From: a virus
Strand: one strand, 5' to 3'
IMG/VR virus record: IMGVR_UViG_3300022693_003385
Location: 1 to 5,064 of that record
DNA length: 5,064 nt
Shown: positions 1 to 4,716 of the stretch, one piece after another
How positions within the stretch are numbered: the first letter of the stretch is position 1
Layout of the letters: every line of letters begins with the position of its first letter
The notes under the pieces: model-generated
Told to the model about the DNA's origin: nothing
What the model saw: only the letters and a program-made list of their open reading frames with translations
Databases searched by the model: none
Program-made: the position numbers and the translations under genes

Positions 1-144
1 CGGGATTAGGAGATTCCGAGCCAATTAATCCGATCCAAATGGCTTTCGCGCAATTGATCGGAAATATGGCTCAACAAAAACAAGTTATTATTCCTCCTAA
101 AATAATTGAAAGAGACCAAAAAGGATTATTTGTTTCAAAAGACG
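1..144. repeat. Terminal direct repeat, copy 1, identical to 4921..5064. This is the overlap signature of a circular or concatemeric 4,920-bp unit.
   Basis: I compared all 144 bases with 4921..5064 by eye and found no mismatch. The repeat is flush with both window ends and lies inside an ORF. Confidence 0.95.
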
Positions 145-149
145 AATAA
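1..149 (+). CDS. 3' end of the wrap-around ORF that starts at 4767. It is a duplicate of 4921..5064 plus the last 5 nt, gaa TAA.
   Basis: The frame continues from 4767. Codons run gga(3-5)...gac(141-143) gaa(144-146) TAA(147-149), giving ...GLGDSEPINPIQMAFAQLIGNMAQQKQVIIPPKIIERDQKGLFVSKDE*. Confidence 0.7.
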   Translation, partial: GLGDSEPINPIQMAFAQLIGNMAQQKQVIIPPKIIERDQKGLFVSKDE

Positions 150-203
150 CGGAATTTTTAGATCTTAAAAACTTCGAATTCCGGAAAAAATAAAGCTCAA
201 AAA

Positions 204-251
204 TTGCTGTTTTACGGTAAAATTTGTAAAACAATAATAAACAACTATACA
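204..251 (+). promoter_or_regulatory. Weak candidate sigma70-like promoter region for the plus-strand structural operon.
   Basis: Hand-picked hexamers are TTGTAA(224-229)-16 nt-TATACA(246-251) or TTTACG(211-216)-18 nt-TAATAA(235-240). This is the only sizeable AT-rich gap before gene 265. Gene 265 has no SD, so a very short leader is possible. Confidence 0.25.
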
Positions 252-264
252 ACCAGATGTTAGT

Positions 265-690
265 ATGGCACGTAGAAGAAAGAAAGCCTCAAGACGAAGA
301 AGCCGATCGGTTTCACTAATTAATTTAGCAGAAAGTTATGCTTATGCAGATACATTAACCTCTGGAGTTATGGGAACTACTCCATTAGGATTTATTACAG
401 GCGCGTCTGATATTGGAATGAAACGAATGCCTGATTCTGTAGGCGGTTATAACACATCTAGTATGGTAATGACAGGTACAGATCAAATATCCTTAGCAGA
501 TATTACTACGAATCCGGGTGCATCGTTTAATGCTATGCAGGCAAATCTGTCCAGCAATTATATGAGCATGTTTTACAAAGCCGCAGCCATAAATGTAAGT
601 TTTAAATTAGGTAAAAGATTACTTCGTAGACCTATTTCAAACGTAAATAGAAATATCTTTCGGCCCTTGGGAGCGGGTTTTAAATTATAA
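265..690 (+). CDS. Hypothetical protein with an arginine-rich N-terminus, possibly a nucleic-acid-binding or internal virion protein.
   Basis: 141-aa ORF with an ATG start. The first 15 residues, MARRRKKASRRRSRS, include 9 basic ones, and the C-terminus (KLGKRLLRRPISNVNRNIFRP) is also basic. It sits directly ahead of the tightly spaced operon. Confidence 0.7.
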   Translation: MARRRKKASRRRSRSVSLINLAESYAYADTLTSGVMGTTPLGFITGASDIGMKRMPDSVGGYNTSSMVMTGTDQISLADITTNPGASFNAMQANLSSNYMSMFYKAAAINVSFKLGKRLLRRPISNVNRNIFRPLGAGFKL

Positions 691-693
691 ATT

Positions 694-699
694 GGTGAT
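694..699 (+). promoter_or_regulatory. Shine-Dalgarno site GGTGAT for the gene at 704.
   Basis: GGTGAT lies 4 nt before the ATG and is complementary to the GAUCACC part of the 16S rRNA 3' tail. Confidence 0.7.
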
Positions 700-703
700 T
701 TGA

Positions 704-1390
704 ATGACTACACAAAATGTATCAGGAGTCCTAAACTGCACTAGCGGTTTTAAAATTCCATTAAACGCAACAATCACTGACGGTACAGAAGCAAGTCTAA
801 CTACAGATACTGCTTTCACTGTAACGGCTCAAAATATTGGCGACTTTGCTAATGGTCAAACTGTAACTTCTGGATTAGTTACTGCAGGAGCAAACATATC
901 ATACGCATACATACTAAGGAAAGGATTGATCCTTTCTTTAATACCATTTGCAGTTAAGGGAGTTGCATGTGGAACTCCTTCTCTTGCTCGCCCTGTGACT
1001 TTAATGGCTGGAGATCAACTCCGAGTTTTCACTATGGTTGCTGCTGGCAGAAATGCGTCTCTAGCGGTAGTGACTAACCAAGGTGTTCCTCGTATCTTCA
1101 TCGGTGCAAGTGTAGCGGCAGGTGCGGGAACTTTCCAACTTGTAGACCTCCAGACTTCGAATTCCATAGGAGAAACTCTCCAGGGCCAAGTTGTTCAGAT
1201 GGCACAATTTACTTCAGTAGATCAAGCATTAATTACAAGCGTGGCAGGTGGCGCACAAGTAACTATGAGTAATGGAAATTTGAGCGGAAGTATTCCTGCA
1301 ACTGATCCAATTGAAACACAACCTTACATGAAGCCTTGCTCAATTCCAGTTCAATTAAATTTCACAGCACAATACATAACTTCTGCTTAA
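704..1390 (+). CDS. Hypothetical structural protein, the candidate major capsid protein. No family is assigned.
   Basis: 228-aa ORF with a strong SD. It is rich in T/V/A/G/S, has few charged residues, and has no His or Trp. It has a beta-strand-like alternating pattern and sits between the Arg-rich protein and the fibre gene. Confidence 0.85.
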   Translation: MTTQNVSGVLNCTSGFKIPLNATITDGTEASLTTDTAFTVTAQNIGDFANGQTVTSGLVTAGANISYAYILRKGLILSLIPFAVKGVACGTPSLARPVTLMAGDQLRVFTMVAAGRNASLAVVTNQGVPRIFIGASVAAGAGTFQLVDLQTSNSIGETLQGQVVQMAQFTSVDQALITSVAGGAQVTMSNGNLSGSIPATDPIETQPYMKPCSIPVQLNFTAQYITSA

Positions 1391-1397
1391 GGTGATC
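1391..1397 (+). promoter_or_regulatory. Shine-Dalgarno site GGTGATC for the small gene at 1401.
   Basis: The sequence reads TAAGGTGATCtaaATG. The 7-nt complement to the 16S tail ends 3 nt before the ATG, with the core GGTGAT 4 nt before it. Confidence 0.65.
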
Positions 1398-1400
1398 TAA

Positions 1401-1562
1401 ATGGCTAAGATTACAAAGGCACAACAAAAAAGATTGATTAAGTCTATTGATTCAAAAGCAGTCAAATTGGCCTTTAATACTTTTAACCCTAGGATTTTAA
1501 CTCCACAAGATTACATGGCGATCGAGAAGATTCTGGCAAGAGCGATGAACCGAATAAAGTGA
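1401..1562 (+). CDS. Small basic hypothetical protein of 53 aa, absent from the supplied ORF track.
   Basis: Hand translation gives MAKITKAQQKRLIKSIDSKAVKLAFNTFNPRILTPQDYMAIEKILARAMNRIK*. It has a perfect SD and exactly fills the gap between 1390 and 1569 in the operon. Confidence 0.6.
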   Translation: MAKITKAQQKRLIKSIDSKAVKLAFNTFNPRILTPQDYMAIEKILARAMNRIK

Positions 1563-1563
1563 T
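1559..1563 (+). promoter_or_regulatory. Partial Shine-Dalgarno site (a)GTGAT for the gene at 1569.
   Basis: GTGAT lies 5 nt before the ATG, with the same motif register as the neighbouring genes. Confidence 0.4.
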
Positions 1564-1568
1564 ATGAA

Positions 1569-1787
1569 ATGCCCCTCCCTAATGCTGAAAGACGTAGCAA
1601 TAGAATTTACCCTATCATTAAGGGCAAGACGCTTGAAGAGATTGCTTCTGGTGAGAATCCTACAATTGATAATATCGGCAAACCGATCGATATAATGCTA
1701 TTGAATGAAGATGAACTAAGAAGATTAGTATTAATTAAACTCGCAATTACTGCCTGCAAGGCCGATTGGGATGGATTTTTGAGTTAG
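1569..1787 (+). CDS. Stand-alone paralogue of the N-terminal (putative virion-anchor) domain of the downstream fibre protein.
   Basis: The 72-aa ORF aligns by hand with residues 1-69 of the 460-aa protein over shared blocks MPLP.A...S.RIY...K...LE, NEDE.RRLVL..LA..A...DW.GFL. About 29 positions are identical. The ORF ends exactly where the fibre's Gly linker begins. Confidence 0.75.
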   Translation: MPLPNAERRSNRIYPIIKGKTLEEIASGENPTIDNIGKPIDIMLLNEDELRRLVLIKLAITACKADWDGFLS

Positions 1788-1792
1788 GAGAT
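1786..1792 (+). promoter_or_regulatory. Shine-Dalgarno site AGGAGAT for the fibre gene at 1798.
   Basis: AGGAGAT ends 5 nt before the ATG. Confidence 0.65.
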
Positions 1793-1797
1793 GAAAT

Positions 1798-3180
1798 ATG
1801 CCACTACCAGACGCACCAGATTACTCAAAAAGAATCTATGAACTATTGAAAGAGACCGATCTGGAGAACTTATCGTATAGTCAATTCAAGGGAGTTGCAG
1901 AAAAAATCTTTATTGAGCCTGAAAATGAAGACGAAATGCGTCGTTTAGTATTAGTTCAACTTGCTAGAATGGCCGTACGTGGTGACTGGAACGGATTTTT
2001 AACGGGTGGAGGAGGATCAGGAGCGCCAACTGACGCAGAATATGTAGTAATGGCACTCAATGGTACTCTAACTAACGAAAGAAAACTTACAGCAGGGGCT
2101 AACATAACTATTACAGATGGCGGAGCAGGTGGTAATGTAACCATTGCAGCATCTGGAGGTGCTGTATCATTTCCTCTTGAAGGATCGTTAGGTTCTGTAT
2201 CTGCTCCTACTTATTCATTTACGGGTGATACTAATACTGGAATGTATTCTCCTGCAGCCGATCAACTCGGTTTTACTGTTGGAGGTAATGAAAGACTAGG
2301 TGTAGCAAACAACAAAGTCACTGGAATTGCATTTCAAACATCAGGAACCAATACAGCAGCGGCTCCCGACTTTTCTTTTACTGCTGATGCAGATACTGGA
2401 ATCTTCAAAGCGGCCGCAAATCAAATAGGATTTTCTGCGGGTGGATCAGAGAAATTTAGAATGGCAGACGCAGGACAATTAGGAATTGGTGGGGCAAATT
2501 ATGGAACTGCAGGACAAGTATTGACATCTGCAGGAGCAACAAGTCCTCCTACCTGGTCCACTGCTGCAGGAGGAGGTAACGAATTTAACGCGGAATTAGT
2601 TGGTGTAGAATTAGACCAATCAGGTACTGGATATGCTGCGTTTGATATTTTGAGTTTACCACCATACGGCGCTAGTCGTTACAATACTGGATCAATAGAT
2701 ACTAAACAATATTTTTACCCTTTTATTGCTCCAGCATCTGGAGATATTTCAGAAATAATAATGAATTTTACTTCTGCATCATCTGGAGCGACTAATGTCT
2801 ACTATGGATTCTATAGAGATAATAACGGAGTGCCTTCAACTCTTTTGGGTTATGCTACTGCAGACGGAACTTCAACAGGTGAACAAAGTATTACTTCGTT
2901 TAGTTCTACAGTTACTCTGACTAGAGGAACTCAATTCTGGTTATCTCAAAATAAATCGACTACAGATTCTATTACTCAAAGAGCAATCGATAACATTTAC
3001 AGAGCAAGGATCGCGCCTTACGAATCATTCCCATCAACTACTAACGGTTACGGAACTTCATTGACTACTAATTCAAGTGTTTCTGCTGTTCCAAGTGATA
3101 TTACTGCAGAAGATTTAGAACCCGGCATATTTTTCTCAGGTTTAGGTGCTTGTCCTCATATTAGTATTAAAATTCTCTAG
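1798..3180 (+). CDS. Tail-fibre/spike-like host-recognition protein.
   Basis: 460-aa ORF with a modular layout:
- N-terminal helical domain, aa 1-68;
- TGGGGSG linker;
- the segment DAEYVVMALNGTLTNERKLTAGANITITDGGAGGNVTIAA;
- two copies of a roughly 35-aa repeat, AP.(Y/F)SFT.D.(N/D)TG(M/I)(Y/F)..AA.Q(L/I)GF..GG.E;
- a GQVLTSAGATSPPTW motif;
- a roughly 200-aa C-terminal domain rich in S/T/N.
From memory these motifs are typical of phage fibre proteins. I have not confirmed this by search. Confidence 0.9.
   Translation: MPLPDAPDYSKRIYELLKETDLENLSYSQFKGVAEKIFIEPENEDEMRRLVLVQLARMAVRGDWNGFLTGGGGSGAPTDAEYVVMALNGTLTNERKLTAGANITITDGGAGGNVTIAASGGAVSFPLEGSLGSVSAPTYSFTGDTNTGMYSPAADQLGFTVGGNERLGVANNKVTGIAFQTSGTNTAAAPDFSFTADADTGIFKAAANQIGFSAGGSEKFRMADAGQLGIGGANYGTAGQVLTSAGATSPPTWSTAAGGGNEFNAELVGVELDQSGTGYAAFDILSLPPYGASRYNTGSIDTKQYFYPFIAPASGDISEIIMNFTSASSGATNVYYGFYRDNNGVPSTLLGYATADGTSTGEQSITSFSSTVTLTRGTQFWLSQNKSTTDSITQRAIDNIYRARIAPYESFPSTTNGYGTSLTTNSSVSAVPSDITAEDLEPGIFFSGLGACPHISIKIL
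2200..2304 (+). repeat. Intragenic fibre repeat, unit 1 (aa 135-169).
   Basis: SAPTYSFTGDTNTGMYSPAADQLGFTVGGNERLGV aligns with unit 2 at about 16 of 35 identical positions. The units are offset by 53 aa. Confidence 0.7.
2359..2463 (+). repeat. Intragenic fibre repeat, unit 2 (aa 188-222).
   Basis: AAPDFSFTADADTGIFKAAANQIGFSAGGSEKFRM. See unit 1. Confidence 0.7.
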
Positions 3181-3185
3181 GTGAT
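3180..3185 (+). promoter_or_regulatory. Shine-Dalgarno site GGTGAT for the gene at 3189.
   Basis: The sequence reads taGGTGATtcaATG, with 3-nt spacing. The first G is the last base of the fibre stop codon. Confidence 0.7.
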
Positions 3186-3188
3186 TCA

Positions 3189-3635
3189 ATGCCTAAGCCA
3201 AAACCAGACCAAGTCGTTCGTCATGAAATAGTTCTAGGCCGATCTGAACGAGAATTAATTTCTGATGGCATTGCAGCATACCAATTTAACAGAATTACCA
3301 CTCCTTTAGTTGCATTATTTTCTGATGCTTCAGCAATGGGCTTGATTCTTGGTGGTTTGGCTACTTATTATGGATTCAAATTTGACATAATACCGGGAGC
3401 ATATAATACTGGATTGGAATTGTATAATGACTGGAAGATTCAATATGATGCATGGAGAGAAACTGCCGGAGATTTTGCAAACGATCCTATTGGAGAAATC
3501 TTAGGAATTTTAATTCCCAATATTAACTTTAATCCGGGTGGAAGAATAGACCCTGTAACTGGAATGCCTGTTCAATATCCATACGGGCCCACAACTCCTC
3601 CAAGTTATACACCCGGCACACCTAGACCCTATTGA
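3189..3635 (+). CDS. Hypothetical membrane protein with a Pro/Tyr-rich C-terminal tail.
   Basis: 148-aa ORF with a strong SD. It has one hydrophobic span, about aa 36-63 (ITTPLVALFSDASAMGLILGGLATYYGF). The C-terminus is PVQYPYGPTTPPSYTPGTPRPY. It is the last gene of the plus-strand operon. Confidence 0.8.
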   Translation: MPKPKPDQVVRHEIVLGRSERELISDGIAAYQFNRITTPLVALFSDASAMGLILGGLATYYGFKFDIIPGAYNTGLELYNDWKIQYDAWRETAGDFANDPIGEILGILIPNINFNPGGRIDPVTGMPVQYPYGPTTPPSYTPGTPRPY

Positions 3636-3644
3636 GAGTGTAAA

Positions 3645-3688
3645 GTCAATAGCGATAATTCTTCGCCATCATAGGCGAAAATATTGAC
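3645..3688. terminator. Nested inverted repeat in the convergent intergenic gap, a candidate bidirectional terminator.
   Basis: The outer arms are GTCAATA(3645-3651) and TATTGAC(3682-3688). The inner hairpin is TTCGCC(3662-3667), loop ATCATA, GGCGAA(3674-3679). It lies between the stop codons at 3635 (+) and 3703 (-). The flanking U-tracts are poor. Confidence 0.45.
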
Positions 3689-3702
3689 CTCTCGACCCCC
3701 TA

Positions 3703-4026
3703 TTAAGGCAATTTTTTCCAGAACTTAAACCTATTATCTTTGAGTGCTTTGCTCTCAGCGTTCAATTGATCTATTTGTTGATTTAACTGCCCGATCACTT
3801 CTAGCATCTTTTTTCTTTCAAAGGGTGCAATAACTACACCATGTGATGATTGAATTAGTTTACCAGTGAAACCTTCTTCATCATATTCTTTTGCCCATTT
3901 AGGTTCAGTGTAGAACCAGATGATCGCTTTAGATACATTATCTGACATTTCTCCAGCCTTCGATCTGGTTCTAATTAATTCAGATGCTTGTTTATAGAGA
4001 GTAAATGAATGTAGAATTTTACTCAT
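3703..4026 (-). CDS. Hypothetical protein of 107 aa with a coiled-coil-like C-terminal half. It is the last gene of the minus-strand cassette.
   Basis: ATG start at 4026 with the SD GGAGAT (4033-4038 on the minus strand) 6 nt upstream. The start directly abuts the stop of the upstream gene (TAG-ATG). The segment MLEVIGQLNQQIDQLNAESKALK looks heptad-like. Confidence 0.75.
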   Translation of the reverse strand: MSKILHSFTLYKQASELIRTRSKAGEMSDNVSKAIIWFYTEPKWAKEYDEEGFTGKLIQSSHGVVIAPFERKKMLEVIGQLNQQIDQLNAESKALKDNRFKFWKKLP

Positions 4027-4269
4027 CTAACAATCTCCACTTAATAGAATTTCAAAGTGCTCCATAGTTTTCTTGATCATATTTACTTTATCAAATAATG
4101 ATTCTAAAATTCTAATCTGAGTTTCATCATAACATCCTCTATGATAAATATTAGGATCGCATTCTTCATTGCATTGACATCCTTTTTCGATTTCATCCCA
4201 TTCATGATCTTTGGCTAATAATAACGCTCCACAAATGACATCCCATTCTTTCGCTCTTAATCCAATCAT
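4027..4269 (-). CDS. Small Cys/His-rich hypothetical protein of 80 aa, possibly metal-binding.
   Basis: It contains GCQCNEECDPNIYHRGC plus Cys13 and Cys80. A GAGG SD sits inside the upstream gene, and there is a 4-nt ATGA overlap with the upstream gene at 4266-4269. Confidence 0.75.
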   Translation of the reverse strand: MIGLRAKEWDVICGALLLAKDHEWDEIEKGCQCNEECDPNIYHRGCYDETQIRILESLFDKVNMIKKTMEHFEILLSGDC

Positions 4270-4454
4270 TCTTCCTCATCCCTAAATCGGCCTTGTTTAG
4301 CCAAACATACAACCATTTCAACAAATGAATGTGAACCAACTAACTCTCCACAGGTTAAACACGGATCATTAGCATCAAATCCTTGTTCTTCAAGACACAT
4401 AGCACACCCGTAGTACCCACAATTAGGACAAACAACAGTTCTTGCATCCATCAT
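4266..4454 (-). CDS. Small zinc-ribbon-like protein of 62 aa.
   Basis: It has three CxxC pairs, at C9-C12, C17-C20 and C32-C35 (CPNCGYYGCAMC...CLTC). A GAGG SD lies 7 nt upstream. Its start overlaps the stop of the 39-codon ORF (TAATG). Confidence 0.75.
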   Translation of the reverse strand: MMDARTVVCPNCGYYGCAMCLEEQGFDANDPCLTCGELVGSHSFVEMVVCLAKQGRFRDEEE

Positions 4455-4573
4455 TACCAGTCCTCACTGATCGTGTCCTTACATCGTTCACAAATTCCCC
4501 ATGTATGTCTCTTTTCGTCTTGATAGCATTTCCTTATTCTGCAAAGGCAGCATTTGTCGTCGTATTCACCCAT
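4454..4573 (-). CDS. Mini zinc-ribbon-like protein of 39 aa, absent from the ORF track. It is the first gene of the minus-strand cassette.
   Basis: Hand translation of the reverse complement gives MGEYDDKCCLCRIRKCYQDEKRHTWGICERCKDTISEDW*. It has two CxxC pairs, at C8-C11 and C28-C31. A GAGG SD (4580-4583) lies 6 nt before the ATG. Its stop TAA shares one base with the next ATG. Confidence 0.55.
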   Translation of the reverse strand: MGEYDDKCCLCRIRKCYQDEKRHTWGICERCKDTISEDW

Positions 4574-4601
4574 ATTATGCCTCACGACCTAAAATCAATA
4601 T

Positions 4602-4629
4602 ATAATATCACCGGCAGAATGCCGATCAA
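4602..4629 (-). promoter_or_regulatory. Candidate promoter of the minus-strand cassette.
   Basis: On the minus strand it reads TTGATC(4629-4624), a 16-nt spacer, then an extended -10, TGaTATTAT (4610-4602). It is about 30 nt upstream of the ATG at 4573. The same ATATTATATAT stretch could also be read as an archaeal TATA box. Confidence 0.45.
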
Positions 4630-4673
4630 ATCTTTTGATTCGATTAAAATCGTTTTACGCGATTGCATATCGC
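4612..4673. repeat. Cluster of four contiguous short inverted repeats, candidate operator or origin structures.
   Basis: The four repeats are:
- CGGCA-gaa-TGCCG (4612-4624);
- ATCAAA-tct-TTTGAT (4625-4639);
- CGATT-aa-AATCG (4641-4652);
- GCGAT-tgcat-ATCGC (4659-4673).
The region is also dense in GATT/AATC tetramers. Confidence 0.5.
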
Positions 4674-4716
4674 CTGAAAGGTATCCTTTCGACTCATGAT
4701 TAAGATAAAAAGATTA

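Noticed and set aside
1-144. Reading the end repeats as genuine terminal repeats of a linear phage, LTRs or IS ends.
   Set aside because: The repeat is direct, flush with both window ends, and interrupts a coding frame that is restored only by joining the ends. An assembly overlap of a circular or concatemeric template is the simpler explanation.
150-183. Inverted repeat CGGAATT...AATTCCG just after the wrap-around ORF stop, considered as an intrinsic terminator.
   Set aside because: The stem is only 7 bp with a 20-nt loop. It is followed by an A-run rather than a T-run on the plus strand, so it is not a canonical terminator. It may still be a minor structural element.
511-520. The 10-mer AATCCGGGTG shared between 511-520 and 3531-3540.
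   Set aside because: Both copies encode Asn-Pro-Gly in frame. Several exact 10-mer pairs are expected by chance in about 5 kb, so this is not evidence of a repeat element.
1776-1841. Possible readthrough or frameshift fusing the 72-aa ORF to the fibre ORF; the T-run GGATTTTTGAG lies just before the stop.
   Set aside because: Readthrough of TAG at 1785-1787 meets TGA at 1839-1841 in the same frame. The fibre frame is closed by TGA at 1792-1794 upstream of its ATG, so a shift before the stop cannot produce a fusion.
1956-2144. 62-aa minus-strand ORF in the supplied track.
   Set aside because: It lies entirely antisense within the fibre gene, in that gene's Gly/Ala-rich segment. Its product is a low-complexity Pro/Ala/Val-rich string, typical of a shadow frame, and I saw no SD. 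It is most likely spurious.
2886-2894. AAGTATTAC, which resembles the nonanucleotide nick site of circovirus-type rolling-circle origins. Other TATTAC hexamers occur at 501, 2108, 2962 and 3102.
   Set aside because: It lies inside the fibre coding region and the flanking stem is imperfect (5 of 6 bp). TATTAC is expected often in AT-rich DNA, and no HUH Rep is encoded to use it.
4442-4699. 85-aa plus-strand ORF in the supplied track.
   Set aside because: It starts at a TTG inside the 62-aa minus-strand gene and has no SD. It runs antisense through the SD-equipped, translationally coupled 39-codon zinc-ribbon ORF, then through the promoter and hairpin region. The minus-strand reading explains the sequence better. 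I cannot fully exclude it without comparative data.
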